Notes under the pieces: generated by a model
Databases searched by the model: none
Seen by the model: the letters and a program-made list of their open reading frames with translations, nothing else
What the model was told of the DNA's origin: nothing
Source of the DNA: Gammaproteobacteria bacterium
GTDB lineage: Bacteria; Pseudomonadota; Gammaproteobacteria; UBA4575
Assembly (NCBI GenBank): GCA_965221955.1
Contig: CBDCTA010000002.1
Span: 96,001 to 160,000 of the forward strand
Direction: 5' to 3'
DNA: 64,000 nucleotides
Made by a program: the position numbers and the translations under genes
Part shown: piece by piece, positions 50,318 to 62,195 of the stretch
How the letters are laid out: the number at the start of each line of letters is the position of its first letter
Numbering within the stretch: the first letter of the stretch is position 1

Positions 50318-53149
50318 TTATTTATTTAAGCCGATATCGAATTTAGATCTTACTTCGTCTAATTTAATAATGGCTGTATTTGAATAATTGCTTACATCAT
50401 GTGCAAATTTAGGTTTGCTAATATAGAAGCCTTGTGCAATATCACACTCTAACTCTTTCAAAATACTCAGTTGTTCAGCTGTTTCCACGCCTTCAGCAAC
50501 AACTTTTTTATTTAAAGATTTTGCCATTGCAATAATGGCGCGGACAATAGACCTTGATTCAGGATCTTCGGCCAAGTCTTTGACGAATAATTTATCTATT
50601 TTTAATGTTTGTACAGGAAGTTTTTTAAGGTAGCTTAATGAGGAATAGCCTTTTCCAAAGTCATCAATAGAGATACTGATTCCGAGCTCATTTAATTGTC
50701 TTAATTTATTTAAGATATTTTTATCGTCACTTAATAACAAACTTTCTGTAATCTCAAATTCAATATTAGTTGTCGCAATATCAAAATTATTGAGTAAATT
50801 TTCAACATCTGAAAGGAAATTATCATGTTTTAATTGTCGTGCAGAAATATTTACTGCTACTCTTGGTAAAGGGTGATGTTCGAATTGCCATTTTCTGCAT
50901 TGCTTTATTACTTCACGCAGTACCCATGTTCCTAATGAGATAATAAAACCATTCTCCTCAGCATATGAAATAAACTGTTCAGGAGAAATATTGCCAATTT
51001 TATTGTGTTTCCAACGTATGAGAGATTCAGCCCCAGAAACATTGCCAGACTCTATATCGATCTGTATTTGGTACATCATGTAGAGTTCATTCTTTTCAAT
51101 CGCGTGAAAAAGGTCAGCCTCTAATAGCGCTTTTTCTCGGATATCCTCCTGCATCGCATCTGAAAAAAATGAATACTTGCCACGCTCACTTTCTTTAGCT
51201 TTATACATCGCGATATCAGACTTTTGTAAGATGTCATCCCAATTATTGCCATCTTTTGGATAGATAGAAATACCAATAGTAGCTCCAATGAATTGTTCGT
51301 AGTTATCAATAGTAAATATTTCTGAAAGTGAAGAGCTTATTTTCTTAGCTGTTTCAGCAATGCAGCTTGAATCGTTTTGGAAAGTTAACAATACAATGAA
51401 TTCATCACCACCATAGCGCGCAAGGAACCCTTTATTGTAGACACACTTTTTAATTCGTTCAGAAGCTGCAATGAGAAGTTTGTCACCAATAGCATGACCT
51501 TGTGAATCATTAATCACTTTGAATCGATCTAGATCAATAAAAAGTACTGCTACTTTGTTATTTTGTTGATATGTAATTTTATTAAAAGTATCAATAAGCA
51601 GCTCACGGTTAGGTAAGCCAGTTAAACTATCAAAATGTGCTTGTTTAATTAGTTTTTCTTCACGTTCAACCGCATTAAGAGCGACTTTAATTCTATCTAT
51701 GTAATTGTCTAGTTGTTCCAAGGCTTCTTCGTTAAGACGAGGAATAAATTGATGACCAATAATAATTAAACCTAGAAACTCTTTTTGCTGTTTTATCGCA
51801 ATAGTGGTAACGTAATTTGATAAGACGTCATTTAACCATTTCACAGATTGAATTTTATCTTTTTGTAAAGTGCGTATAAGTTCATCAGAGTGTGCGAGTA
51901 GTACATCGAAATCTTTATGACTAATTTGTATAGGAATTTGAGTCAATAGTTGTTTTTCATGCGATCCATAGTTGTAAAGTATTCCACTATATGTATTCTC
52001 TTCCAAAAGCACAATCGAGGCAAAATTGTAATTTATATAATCCTTCAGATTTTTAAAAATTGCTTCTACAACATTTTTTTTATCCATTGTTGTGAGAATA
52101 GCTCTGTCAAGATTTGACATTGACGTCATCACAGTAAATTGGCGAGATAATTCGGCTGACATTAAGTTAAATGATTCGCCTAAATTTTGAAACTCATCGT
52201 TAGTGTCAAAATTTAATACTTCGCTGAAGTCACGTTTCGCTATTTTCTTAGTTAATAAATTGAGTTTTTCCAATGGTACTAATATTCTAGTAATTTGGTT
52301 ATAACTTATAAACGAAATAATGAGTATTGAAAGAACTAAAAGCGGAATAAGATAACTACCAAACTCATTAATCGGGATAAAAATAGTATTTCTTGGGATT
52401 GTATAATAAATAAACCAACTATCTGTATTGTAAGAGCCGTTTAAAAATAGTTCCCAGGAGGCTACAAGGTGTTTATTGTTATTTATATTTATGTGATTAG
52501 TGTTCTCTAAAGTTTTAATGTATTGATCGAAATTTGACAAAAATAGCTTGTTTAATTTTTCATTTGAACAGTTTAGAACACCTGAATTTTTTGATATTAC
52601 ACAAGCATCATCATCTCCAGCAAAAATATCCATATCGCCAAAAATGTAATTTTTGTCAACTTCTGCAGAAAGCAAAATATTAGATTCACTTGTGCTTATC
52701 AATCGATAAAAAATAATATTATTTACATTATCTTTATGCTTGATTGTGATAAGTGTTTTGCCATTTTGTAGATGCTGCTGTTTTGTGTATTCAAATAATA
52801 AATGTGTCGAATCCTTGTATACATTTATATTGCTAAAAAGTTTCGTATTTGAATCATCAACTTTTAAAATAGGATTATTTGCTTCTGTATTGATACTATT
52901 TGATAGTAGAAGGTTTTCGCCTAAACCTATTAGCTGGCTTTCAGCAACTAAAATACGATCGAATATCGCCATTCCATACGATTTGCTTTCTGAGCTCATA
53001 TGATCTTGTTTTTGCTCCAAGAGCAATTCGATCATATATTTGTATGAAATGAATCCCGTGATACTTATGGGAATAATTGCGGCTAGAACAAAAAGTGTAA
53101 GTATTCGTTTTGCTACTTTACTTTTGATGAATGCAAGTTCAAATTGCAT
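50318..53149 (-). CDS. Membrane-bound HAMP-GAF-GGDEF-EAL c-di-GMP signalling protein
   Basis: Two TMs flanking a periplasmic domain, HAMP (DEF..L..SFN), DSLTGLPNR, intact GGDEF, ESLIRW, IDDFGKGYSSL, AEGVET. Confidence 0.92.
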   Translation of the reverse strand: MQFELAFIKSKVAKRILTLFVLAAIIPISITGFISYKYMIELLLEQKQDHMSSESKSYGMAIFDRILVAESQLIGLGENLLLSNSINTEANNPILKVDDSNTKLFSNINVYKDSTHLLFEYTKQQHLQNGKTLITIKHKDNVNNIIFYRLISTSESNILLSAEVDKNYIFGDMDIFAGDDDACVISKNSGVLNCSNEKLNKLFLSNFDQYIKTLENTNHININNNKHLVASWELFLNGSYNTDSWFIYYTIPRNTIFIPINEFGSYLIPLLVLSILIISFISYNQITRILVPLEKLNLLTKKIAKRDFSEVLNFDTNDEFQNLGESFNLMSAELSRQFTVMTSMSNLDRAILTTMDKKNVVEAIFKNLKDYINYNFASIVLLEENTYSGILYNYGSHEKQLLTQIPIQISHKDFDVLLAHSDELIRTLQKDKIQSVKWLNDVLSNYVTTIAIKQQKEFLGLIIIGHQFIPRLNEEALEQLDNYIDRIKVALNAVEREEKLIKQAHFDSLTGLPNRELLIDTFNKITYQQNNKVAVLFIDLDRFKVINDSQGHAIGDKLLIAASERIKKCVYNKGFLARYGGDEFIVLLTFQNDSSCIAETAKKISSSLSEIFTIDNYEQFIGATIGISIYPKDGNNWDDILQKSDIAMYKAKESERGKYSFFSDAMQEDIREKALLEADLFHAIEKNELYMMYQIQIDIESGNVSGAESLIRWKHNKIGNISPEQFISYAEENGFIISLGTWVLREVIKQCRKWQFEHHPLPRVAVNISARQLKHDNFLSDVENLLNNFDIATTNIEFEITESLLLSDDKNILNKLRQLNELGISISIDDFGKGYSSLSYLKKLPVQTLKIDKLFVKDLAEDPESRSIVRAIIAMAKSLNKKVVAEGVETAEQLSILKELECDIAQGFYISKPKFAHDVSNYSNTAIIKLDEVRSKFDIGLNK

Positions 53150-53159
53150 GAATTATTGA

Positions 53160-53639
53160 TTAATAGTCTGTGGCTTTGCCAACAAATCCACCATCGCGTC
53201 CACGAACGATGTCATCTTTACTTGCATTAGCGGTTAAAGGGGGTTGGCTTACACCGTCTTCACCTTTGCTATAAAGGTCATAGTCACTATTTATTGGAAC
53301 TAATGAATGATCTTTTCTTCGATTACCAGGAGGTACAACATCATGATTTGCATAAACATAAGGATTGCTCCATGGATCTTCCATTCCAGCCATGCCAACA
53401 TCGGCTAATGTATTCGGCAACGTTCCATTTGAAAGTTCATAGTCATCTATTGCAAATTGAATGACAATTAAATCTTTTTCAGCATCTTCTTCAGTCACGC
53501 GATCGGTATAATCTTGATATGCTGGAACGGCAATCATAAAAAGGATACCTATAATCGCTAAAGCAATCATTAGTTCAAGAATTGTGAAGCCATGCAAATT
53601 CAGTAATTGCTTGAAACAATTGTGGTTATATGACTTCAT
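53160..53639 (-). CDS. Type IV pilin/GspG-like pseudopilin
   Basis: Class III signal G|FTILELMIALAIIGIL; DPW..PY.Y and YDLYSKGEDG (GspG-like C-terminus). Confidence 0.85.
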   Translation of the reverse strand: MKSYNHNCFKQLLNLHGFTILELMIALAIIGILFMIAVPAYQDYTDRVTEEDAEKDLIVIQFAIDDYELSNGTLPNTLADVGMAGMEDPWSNPYVYANHDVVPPGNRRKDHSLVPINSDYDLYSKGEDGVSQPPLTANASKDDIVRGRDGGFVGKATDY

Positions 53640-53885
53640 AGTTCTGTATGTCTTTCTTCCGTGATTCTAATTTAGTGAATTTGAAACAATTGTTTTTAAA
53701 GACTTATTGTTTTCTCTCTCTATAACTGCATATTGTATAAATTACTAAGATATATAATGTGTGTCGTTTCACCAACTGTCATAAAAAATTGATGAATGTG
53801 CATGAGTGGCTAAATTTTATAGACAGGCGGTGAATTTAATTTTAACAGATAACTATATTCACATTATTTAAATAAGTTTAAGAGC

Positions 53886-54089
53886 ATGAAGGAAGACAAA
53901 CCTAGTTTTATTGATGTCATAAAAAGTGTGCTTGCCAGTTTTTTTGGTGTGCAAAGTGACAAAAATCGTCGCCGCGATTTTCAACATGGTAATCCTGCAC
54001 AGTTTATTTTAGTGGGAATATTCCTAACGGTTTTATTTATAATAGGGATGATTGTAATCGTTAAGCTTATATTAGCTTCGGTTAGTTAA
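53886..54089 (+). CDS. DUF2970-type small membrane protein
   Basis: SVLASFFGVQSDKNRRRDF...FI motif with a C-terminal TM. Confidence 0.8.
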   Translation: MKEDKPSFIDVIKSVLASFFGVQSDKNRRRDFQHGNPAQFILVGIFLTVLFIIGMIVIVKLILASVS

Positions 54090-54697
54090 TTTTCTACAAA
54101 CCCCTTTAACTGTAGAAGCTCATGTATTCGTTCGGCTAATTGCTGATAACCCTTCGCATTTGGGTGTGCAATATCAGACTTTAAAGCTGTATCACCCAAT
54201 ATTTTAGGCAGAGTCGAACATTCAAATTGAACACCGGTTTCATCTGAAAGTTGCTGATACACCTCAGCACACTTTAAAAATAATCCTGGCTCAGGAATAC
54301 CTAATGCAGCAACTGGGATGTTTCTAGTATTTGCTTCAGTAAGCATCTTCTTCAAATTATCTTTCAATTCGGCGCGTGGTAGTTTGCGTAAAATGTCATT
54401 ACCACCATGAATGAGTATGAGCAGATCAGGCTTATGCTGATCCAGTAATGCAGGTAACCGTTCTAAACCTTTGCTACTAATTTCTCCTGGAATTCCGGCA
54501 TTGGTTATAGGTAATTGGGTTAGAGAAGCTAATATAGAAGGGTAATCTTGACCTTTACCAGCGCCTGTACCGTATGTGAGGCTATCACCAAAAGCTAAAA
54601 TCGTCGCATTACTAGGTAATCGATTATATTGATGGTTTGAGTCGCTGCATGCATAAAGCAATAAGCATATTAATAATACTAAATATTTAATTTTCAT
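54086..54697 (-). CDS. SGNH/GDSL arylesterase lipoprotein
   Basis: Lipobox LYAC, FGDSLTYG, GIPGE, GGND, DIAHPN. Start ATG 54697 lies just after the upstream stop. Confidence 0.88.
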   Translation of the reverse strand: MKIKYLVLLICLLLYACSDSNHQYNRLPSNATILAFGDSLTYGTGAGKGQDYPSILASLTQLPITNAGIPGEISSKGLERLPALLDQHKPDLLILIHGGNDILRKLPRAELKDNLKKMLTEANTRNIPVAALGIPEPGLFLKCAEVYQQLSDETGVQFECSTLPKILGDTALKSDIAHPNAKGYQQLAERIHELLQLKGFVEN

Positions 54698-54699
54698 TA

Positions 54700-57609
54700 T
54701 TAATGTGACCAAAAATCTTTTCTGCATAGGCCAAATGCATTGCATCTTTGACAGGTTTCTTCATTTGCGAATGCGGTGAAGGGAGTATTCTCATTCAAAC
54801 TATGAAAAAAAGCCTGAAGTCGAGACAAATGCTGTTTCTTTAATTCGTCGAGTTCATCGTTTTTAATCGTAGCGAGGCTTTTTACGGTATTTTTATCACC
54901 AATGGCAACATACTCTACTTGGGAGGTTGTAGTATTTTGGTCTGCATCGTGAAGTAATGCATACATCGGTAATTGTACTTGTTCGCCTGCCATAACACTA
55001 ACTTTTGATGGTGTTTGACCGGTTTTATAATCAACAATCGCGTGACCATCTGGTGATTGATCAACACGATCTAGTCTGCCATAGGCTTGAAAGTTAGCAT
55101 CAATGTTTAGATGCACAGAAGTTTCGTGTTGCTCGGATGTAAAGTTGATTTGTCGCTTGATTTCCCAGTCGATAAATTTAGGAATTAGACTCGTCCAGCG
55201 TTGTAACCATAACTGGATATTAAAATCATTGTCATCGATATTGCCATTTGCGTAAACAAAAACTTTTTCGCTGATATTGTGTAATAGATCTTCAGCTTTT
55301 TCACGATTATGTTCAGTAATTCGTTCATTAAATGGACCAGGTAGATTGGCGACATTTGAAAAAAATGCATGAATGCTTTGATGCACTAAACTACCAAAGT
55401 CAGCTTTGTTTAGTTCTTCTTGCAACTCATCTGTAGGAGAAAGTTTTAGACAAGTGAGCGCAAAGTATTGATATGGGCAATTCACCAAGTTTTGATATTG
55501 AGAAATCGAAATTTTATCGGGTGTAAGCGTTGTTGTGAGAACAGGACTAGGTTGCTTTGTTGCTTGAGGTGGGGGGATGTCAGTATCTTTTACCACACAG
55601 CTGCTTTTCTGGTGTACAAGATACTCAAGTTGTGGATCGACTAAGCTTTTGTTGTATGCCATGTGATGAAAAGTCTCAATCGCTTCTAACCATGGTGAAG
55701 GTCTCACTGGCTCGCCATTTTGCTCAGTCTGAACAGTGATTAATATTTTTTCAGAAGCATCAAGTAAACAGCGGAAATGATGTAAATGTCTAGTGTGGTC
55801 ATCACGCCAAGATGGAATATTTAGTTCGTTACGAACTTGCTCATTAAAGAATACATAAATGTTACTTGCTCCTGGAAAGTTGTTTTTATCCATTGACGCA
55901 ATGATTAGTGCATCAAAATTCTGTAATCGACTTTGCTCTAAGCTGCAAAAAGTCACCATAGGCTGGTTCGTAGACAAGTTAGTAGGAGGTTTGTAGTTTT
56001 GTTGATCGAATATTCGAGACATAAACCTTCTACATTCAGACCAATTCATACGATTATCGACTAATTTGAAATGTGCTATTTGATTTTCAAATAATTCGAT
56101 GATTTGTTTTCCTGCCTCATCATTATGTAAGCTAGTATAAATACCAATAGGTTTTAAACTATTTAGAAGTTCGTTTATGAAGCGATGTAAAGGATAGGAT
56201 TTACTTCCGTGTAATTTAGAGAGTAATTGGGCGCTATTTTCAAATGTGTCTAATAAATTCAAAAGGTAATTAAAAATTTCGACATCAGCTGTTTGGTCTT
56301 TATTCTGTAATTTTTCAAGTGCATCTCGATAACGCTTGATTCCGCTGTGAATATTAAATTTGAGAACAATTTCTTTTTCAAAGTAATCGATGGCTTTTTG
56401 ATGAAATTTTGGGTCACTTACTGAGAAAAACGGAGAATGTGCGAGAGCAAGTAATTGCTTTGCCGAATAGCGTTCTTCTATTAATTGTATCCACCATTCA
56501 ACAACTACTGCAGCACTGGTTGTGGCCAATGCCCAACCTGCGGCATCGTTGATCATTAGATTTGCGTGGTCAAGTACTGCGCGGAGCCTTCGAACTAATT
56601 TCCGATCTGTGGTAACAATTCCAATGTTTTGTATATTTTCATGAGCCCATATTCGAACCTGTATATCAATAGCTTTTATATGTGTTTCAAACTGATTGCT
56701 TTTAAAGGTTCTGAGATGCGAGTTGAATGGAGACTTTGAGTAGTTTTCAGCAAAACTTTTTGCACGTTGGTATATGCTTAAAGAACTGTCTTCAAAGACT
56801 TTATCTAAAAATATTGAAAAAAGCTTAGGCTCTCTATTTTTGCTAAATGTAATTTGCGTAGTGGCATCGAGATATTTTTTAAGCCAATAGTCTGTTCGAT
56901 TAGAGCAACTATCACTACTAGCATAGGCAAAAAATAAAACTTTCGATTGCTGTCCTATTTTGTTTAGAAAGTTTGCTTCTAATTTTGAGAACTGATCTAT
57001 TTCAACACAATAAAATATGTCTTCATTATTAGTAGAGATTGATTCTAAAGCATGCACATAAGCTTCATTAGGATCAACATAGTCTTCATGTGAGAGTTGA
57101 TTGCGCCAAGCTACCCAAAGCAATTTAACCAGGTCAGATTCATGTAATAATGCTTGAGAAAGCTCTGTGTTATTGCCTTGATAGTAGTTATTGAATGCGA
57201 CCGGTTTAATGTCATTTAATAACATCTCATCAAATAAGGTTAACAATTCATTTGCGATGCCCCAAGGATTTGCGCTAGAAAATAAATCAGGTTGTTGTTT
57301 AATTGCGTCGACCAATATAAGTTCACGAGCGTATTGAGATAGCACAGGTTTTTTATTGGGCTGTTGTTTGCGCACCCATTGTCTCAATGTGGTGATTACT
57401 GGTGGTAAGACAACGTCGTAACCTTGTTTGCTCGTTTGCTTAAGAATTTCTTTGCGTAGTGATGCTTGCGTGAGTTGGTTAGGTAAAAATATGGTGATGT
57501 TACGCAGATCAGGCAGCCGTTGCTTAAACTGCTTAGTGATGTCTTCGCTGACTACCTTCAGGAGATTGTTGCTGTAAGCTGTGAGATGAATATTGTTAAG
57601 CACGTGCAA
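54700..57609 (-). CDS. AddB-like inactive helicase with PD-(D/E)XK nuclease domain and Fe-S cysteines
   Basis: FLPN, DRKLVRR, DAAGWAL, PSPWL, CPYQY, GRLDRVD, IVDYKTG, QLPMY, CQRC...LCR. Confidence 0.82.
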   Translation of the reverse strand: MHVLNNIHLTAYSNNLLKVVSEDITKQFKQRLPDLRNITIFLPNQLTQASLRKEILKQTSKQGYDVVLPPVITTLRQWVRKQQPNKKPVLSQYARELILVDAIKQQPDLFSSANPWGIANELLTLFDEMLLNDIKPVAFNNYYQGNNTELSQALLHESDLVKLLWVAWRNQLSHEDYVDPNEAYVHALESISTNNEDIFYCVEIDQFSKLEANFLNKIGQQSKVLFFAYASSDSCSNRTDYWLKKYLDATTQITFSKNREPKLFSIFLDKVFEDSSLSIYQRAKSFAENYSKSPFNSHLRTFKSNQFETHIKAIDIQVRIWAHENIQNIGIVTTDRKLVRRLRAVLDHANLMINDAAGWALATTSAAVVVEWWIQLIEERYSAKQLLALAHSPFFSVSDPKFHQKAIDYFEKEIVLKFNIHSGIKRYRDALEKLQNKDQTADVEIFNYLLNLLDTFENSAQLLSKLHGSKSYPLHRFINELLNSLKPIGIYTSLHNDEAGKQIIELFENQIAHFKLVDNRMNWSECRRFMSRIFDQQNYKPPTNLSTNQPMVTFCSLEQSRLQNFDALIIASMDKNNFPGASNIYVFFNEQVRNELNIPSWRDDHTRHLHHFRCLLDASEKILITVQTEQNGEPVRPSPWLEAIETFHHMAYNKSLVDPQLEYLVHQKSSCVVKDTDIPPPQATKQPSPVLTTTLTPDKISISQYQNLVNCPYQYFALTCLKLSPTDELQEELNKADFGSLVHQSIHAFFSNVANLPGPFNERITEHNREKAEDLLHNISEKVFVYANGNIDDNDFNIQLWLQRWTSLIPKFIDWEIKRQINFTSEQHETSVHLNIDANFQAYGRLDRVDQSPDGHAIVDYKTGQTPSKVSVMAGEQVQLPMYALLHDADQNTTTSQVEYVAIGDKNTVKSLATIKNDELDELKKQHLSRLQAFFHSLNENTPFTAFANEETCQRCNAFGLCRKDFWSH

Positions 57610-57627
57610 GTATAATTACTCTTTAAA

Positions 57628-57963
57628 CTATTCTTTTGGCTTTTCTTCAATATATTGACGTTTGTTTTTTACTGCTTCCCACTCTTTTGCATCACTTGGT
57701 GCAGGTTTCATGCTGGTAATCACTGGCCACTGGGCAGAATATTTTTCATTAATTTCAAGAAAATCACGTTGATCTTCTGATACATCATCTTCGCTTACAA
57801 TGGCTTCGACTGGGCATTCGGTTTCACACATAGCGCAGTCAATGCATTCTTCAGGGTCAATCACCAACATCGTGGGTCCTTCATGAAAACAGTCTACCGG
57901 GCAGACCTCTACACAGTCCGTATATTTACACCTGATACAGGCTTCAGTTACTAAAAAAGTCAT
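57628..57963 (-). CDS. fdxA: 7Fe ferredoxin
   Basis: [18 protein letters not shown]...[12 protein letters not shown]. Confidence 0.93.
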   Translation of the reverse strand: MTFLVTEACIRCKYTDCVEVCPVDCFHEGPTMLVIDPEECIDCAMCETECPVEAIVSEDDVSEDQRDFLEINEKYSAQWPVITSMKPAPSDAKEWEAVKNKRQYIEEKPKE

Positions 57964-58135
57964 ATAAAGGATTATTAATTTTTGAGCAGCGCAATTGTAT
58001 GGAATTCGTCATGAGTTTGAAAATTTAAGCTGAAATCAGTCTAAATTCGGACAAGATCGACACTGGGTCGCAGTTCCTTCTACCTCAAAACGCTATAATT
58101 CGTAGAAAATATGACAACAAGAACTGCAATCTGTT

Positions 58136-59068
58136 ATGAATAAATATTTAGTAACCGGCGGTGCCGGCTTTATCGGCTCACACACTGTAGATCATTTGTT
58201 AGCCAGACAGCAGCAAGTTGTGGTGTTGGACAATTTTTCTTCTGGTAATCGGAAAAATTTACCAGATTTTCATCCTTTTTTGACGGTTATTGAAGGTGAT
58301 ATACGTGATGCTTCTGTCGTGGCAGAAGCAGCAGATGGGGTTACACATTGTCTGCATTTGGCAGCTCAAGTATCCGTGGTTAAATCGTTAGAAGATCCTG
58401 CAGATTCTGCGACGCATAATATTCTTGGGTTTATTAACGTACTGAATGCAATAAAGAAGAATAATGCTAAACGTTTTGTGTATGCGTCATCTGCAGCTAC
58501 CTATGGAAATCCTACTAATTTGCCTTTAATTGAAGCCGAACCTCTTAAGCCAGAATCCCCCTATGGATTAGAAAAGCAAATTAATGAGTTATATGTAAAA
58601 TTATTTAAAGAACTTTATGACACATCTTCATGTGGGGTGCGTTACTTTAATGTATATGGTCCTAGGCAAGATCCCAAGTCACCGTATGCAGGAGTGATTG
58701 CATTGTTTGCTGATGCAGTGTTGGCCAAGCAGCCATTGACTATTCACGGTGATGGTTTGCAGACTCGAGATTTTATTTTTGTAAATGATGTTGCAAGAGC
58801 AAATCTTGCTGCACTTGATTCTGAATATGAAGGTGCAGTGAATGTTGCGACAGGTTCAACTGTTACTTTGTTAGAATTAATCGAAGTATTAGAAAAGATT
58901 GCTGGACACACTTGTGAGAAAAATTTTGGACCTGAAAGAGATGGGGATATTAAACATTCTGCAGCGACAGTAGATACTTTACAGCAAGTATTGGAAATAA
59001 CTGCCAAACATTCTTTGGAAGAAGGCCTGCGAGAATTATTAAATATTGCTGAAAAAGTTAAGTCATAG
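58136..59068 (+). CDS. NAD-dependent epimerase/dehydratase (extended SDR)
   Basis: [30 protein letters not shown]. Confidence 0.9.
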   Translation: MNKYLVTGGAGFIGSHTVDHLLARQQQVVVLDNFSSGNRKNLPDFHPFLTVIEGDIRDASVVAEAADGVTHCLHLAAQVSVVKSLEDPADSATHNILGFINVLNAIKKNNAKRFVYASSAATYGNPTNLPLIEAEPLKPESPYGLEKQINELYVKLFKELYDTSSCGVRYFNVYGPRQDPKSPYAGVIALFADAVLAKQPLTIHGDGLQTRDFIFVNDVARANLAALDSEYEGAVNVATGSTVTLLELIEVLEKIAGHTCEKNFGPERDGDIKHSAATVDTLQQVLEITAKHSLEEGLRELLNIAEKVKS

Positions 59069-61607
59069 ATTTCAACTTGTATAAAACCTCTAAAGCCTCT
59101 TTAGGGCTTAATTCATCTGGATCTATATTTTCTAAAAATTCAACGCTTGGATGAATGATTTCTTCTTCCAAATCCAGCCCTAATTGTGTTTCTTGCAGGT
59201 TTGCTTCTGTAGCTTGTGATTCAAGTTGTTTTAGTTTTAGTTTTGCAGCCGCAATTACGGTTTTTGGAATACCTGCAAGCTGAGCTACTTGTAGTCCATA
59301 ACTTTGATTTGCTGGTCCTTCCTTCACAGCATGTAAGAAAATTATTTTTTCATTATGCTCAATCGCATCAATATGTACATTATGGATTGTGCTGAAATGT
59401 TCCGGTAATTGAGTAAGCTCAAAATAGTGTGTTGCAAATAAACAATAAGATTGATTCACAGTACTAAGATGATCTGCACAAGACCAAGCTAGAGATAAAC
59501 CGTCATATGTACTTGTGCCACGACCGATTTCATCCATCAGTACTAAGCTCTGGTTTGAAGCGTTATTGAGAATATTTGCCGCTTCAGTCATTTCCACCAT
59601 AAATGTGGACCGTCCTGAACTTAAATCATCTGAAGCACCGATACGAGTGTAAATCGCATCAATCGGTCCAACCGTGAATGCGTTTGCTGGGACAAAGCAT
59701 CCGCTATAGGCCATCCAAGTGATGAGTGCAATCTGGCGCATATAAGTAGATTTTCCACCCATGTTTGGGCCGGTAATCAGAAGTAATTTTCGTTGCTCAT
59801 TCAACTCTGCATCATTGGCAGTAAAAGGTTCGCTTTGAGCCTGTTCGATTACAGGGTGGCGACCCTGTTTGATATTTAAAACGTTATCTTCTGTAAAATT
59901 TGGTTGCACGTAATTTAATGTAACCGCACGTTCTGCCAGCGTGGCTAGAGTGTCTATCTGGGCTAATGCATGTGCACAGTTCTGTATAAATGCTAAATCA
60001 TTTAATAAATCAGCAAGTAGTTGTTCGTACAAATACTTTTCTCGTTTTAGGGCACGTTCTTTGGCGCTTAAAACATTATCCTCAAATTTTTTCAGTTCAG
60101 GAGTGATATATCTTTCAGTATTTTTCAGTGTTTGTCTGCGTGTGTAATGTTCTGGCGCTTGGTGAGCTTGGCTGCGAGGAATTTCAATGTAATAACCATG
60201 AATTCGGTTGTAAGAAACTTTTAAGTTTGCAATGCTCGTGTTTGACTTTTCTTGTTGTTCTAAATCAATTAAAAACTGATTTGCATTGGTGCTGATATTG
60301 CGCAGCTCATCAAGCTCTTCGTCGTAGCCTGCTTTAATTACTCCTCCATCACGAATGAGAGCAGGTAAATCATGTTCTAAAGCTTCTTCTAATTTAGAGG
60401 CTAATTCTTCATAACCAAGTAATTGTTGTTTAGATTCAATGATGAGCTCGTTTTCAAAAATACTTAGATGCTTTTGTATGTTTGGAATACATTGCATGGT
60501 TGCACGCAATGCATCGAGATCTCTTGGCTGTGCAGTTTGTAGTGCAATGCGGCTGCGGATCCGTTCAATGTCTTTTACATTGTTAAGTAACTCATGTGTT
60601 TCATCATAGTTATTGAGTTGTATGCATTCTGATATTGCTGCATGACGCTGTAGTAGAGTATTAATATTTCGTATAGGTTGGTTTAACCAGCTTCGCAAAC
60701 AGCGTGAACCCATTGTGCATGCTGTTTTGTTTAATACGTTTATTAAACTATGCTTGCTATCACCTTGTGAAGAAATTTCAATTTCAAGATTTTTGCGAGT
60801 AATACTATCTATATTTAGAAATTCATCTCTAGAACAGACTCGTAAACCGTTTATATGAGGTAATTGTGTTTTCTGAGTGTCTTTAACGTATTGCAGTACT
60901 GCACCTGCTGCAGAAATAGCGGGCGGGCAGTCATCACAACCGTAACCCGTTAAATCTTTTGTGCCAAACTGTTTACACAATGCGGAGTATGAAGACTCAT
61001 ACTCAAAATGCCAAGTAGGTACCGTTCTCGAGGCATATTTGTTGTCGAAATGAATCAAGGCATCTTCAGCAACAATGATTTCTGCAGGCTGTATACGTTC
61101 AATTTCATCATGTAATTCTAGTACTGAATTGCATGTTTGTAATATGAAGTTACCAGAGCTTAAGTCTAAATAGGCTAATCCATGAGAAGATTGCGTTATG
61201 TTTATCGCTAATAAATAGTTTTCTTTGTTCTTGTTTAATAATTCGTCTTCTATGACGGTGCCAGGTGTGATGACACGAGTCACTTTGCGTTCTACTAAAC
61301 CTTTGCTTGTGGCGGGGTCACTCACTTGATCACAAATTGCGACCGATTCTCCCAATTTTAATAATTTTGCTAAATAAGTCTCTGTGGCATGCACCGGAAC
61401 ACCAGCCATGGGGATTTCATCTGCAGAATTTTTGTTACGTGAGGTGAGTGTAAGATCTAATAGTTTTGCAGCTTTTCTTGCATCTTCAAAAAACAGTTCA
61501 AAAAAATCGCCCATACGGTAAAAAAGCAACATATCGGGATATTCTGCTTTGATGCGTAGATATTGCTGCATCATTGGCGTATGTTTAATTGGAGGTCGTG
61601 CGATCAT
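59058..61607 (-). CDS. mutS: DNA mismatch repair protein MutS
   Basis: [43 protein letters not shown]. Confidence 0.96.
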   Translation of the reverse strand: MIARPPIKHTPMMQQYLRIKAEYPDMLLFYRMGDFFELFFEDARKAAKLLDLTLTSRNKNSADEIPMAGVPVHATETYLAKLLKLGESVAICDQVSDPATSKGLVERKVTRVITPGTVIEDELLNKNKENYLLAINITQSSHGLAYLDLSSGNFILQTCNSVLELHDEIERIQPAEIIVAEDALIHFDNKYASRTVPTWHFEYESSYSALCKQFGTKDLTGYGCDDCPPAISAAGAVLQYVKDTQKTQLPHINGLRVCSRDEFLNIDSITRKNLEIEISSQGDSKHSLINVLNKTACTMGSRCLRSWLNQPIRNINTLLQRHAAISECIQLNNYDETHELLNNVKDIERIRSRIALQTAQPRDLDALRATMQCIPNIQKHLSIFENELIIESKQQLLGYEELASKLEEALEHDLPALIRDGGVIKAGYDEELDELRNISTNANQFLIDLEQQEKSNTSIANLKVSYNRIHGYYIEIPRSQAHQAPEHYTRRQTLKNTERYITPELKKFEDNVLSAKERALKREKYLYEQLLADLLNDLAFIQNCAHALAQIDTLATLAERAVTLNYVQPNFTEDNVLNIKQGRHPVIEQAQSEPFTANDAELNEQRKLLLITGPNMGGKSTYMRQIALITWMAYSGCFVPANAFTVGPIDAIYTRIGASDDLSSGRSTFMVEMTEAANILNNASNQSLVLMDEIGRGTSTYDGLSLAWSCADHLSTVNQSYCLFATHYFELTQLPEHFSTIHNVHIDAIEHNEKIIFLHAVKEGPANQSYGLQVAQLAGIPKTVIAAAKLKLKQLESQATEANLQETQLGLDLEEEIIHPSVEFLENIDPDELSPKEALEVLYKLKSMT

Positions 61608-61691
61608 GTTTGCAGTCTAACGAAGTTCGCTTTGAGAGACAGCCCAAATAGTATCCAAGTAATAAGAATAATTTTTGCTGACAAAATTTAG

Positions 61692-62195
61692 ATGACGGTA
61701 TCAAGTAAAGACTTATCTAGAGGAGTTTTAATTGAGCGGCTAGCTGAGCAATTGACGGAAAAAAATATAACAGTGGCAGTGGCGGAATCTTGTACAGGCG
61801 GAATGCTGGCACAAGAATTTACCGCATTAAATGGCAGCTCAAAATGGTTTGAGTGTGGATTTGTAACCTACAGTAATGTCTCTAAAATTAAAATGTTAGG
61901 TGTAGAACCTCATGTGCTTGATGAGTATGGAGCAGTCAGCTCACAAGTAGCTGAGCAAATGGCACTGGGGGTGCTTGCCCATAGTGATGCAACAATAAGT
62001 GCTTCAATAACAGGTATTGCTGGGCCTAGTGGAGGAACGGCAGAGAAGCCTGTTGGCACGGTTTATATTGGGACGGCGATGACAAACCAGGCTGCTAAAA
62101 CTGAATTACACCAATTTCAAGGCGATCGAAAGTCGATTCGTGAGCAAACTGTCCAAGCGGCAATCTCACAGCTTATGGGGGAGCTCAATGGCTAA
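61692..62195 (+). CDS. pncC: Nicotinamide-nucleotide amidohydrolase (CinA C-terminal domain)
   Basis: AESCTGG, GFVTYSN, GAVS, ITGIAGPSGG...KPVGTV. Confidence 0.9.
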   Translation: MTVSSKDLSRGVLIERLAEQLTEKNITVAVAESCTGGMLAQEFTALNGSSKWFECGFVTYSNVSKIKMLGVEPHVLDEYGAVSSQVAEQMALGVLAHSDATISASITGIAGPSGGTAEKPVGTVYIGTAMTNQAAKTELHQFQGDRKSIREQTVQAAISQLMGELNG

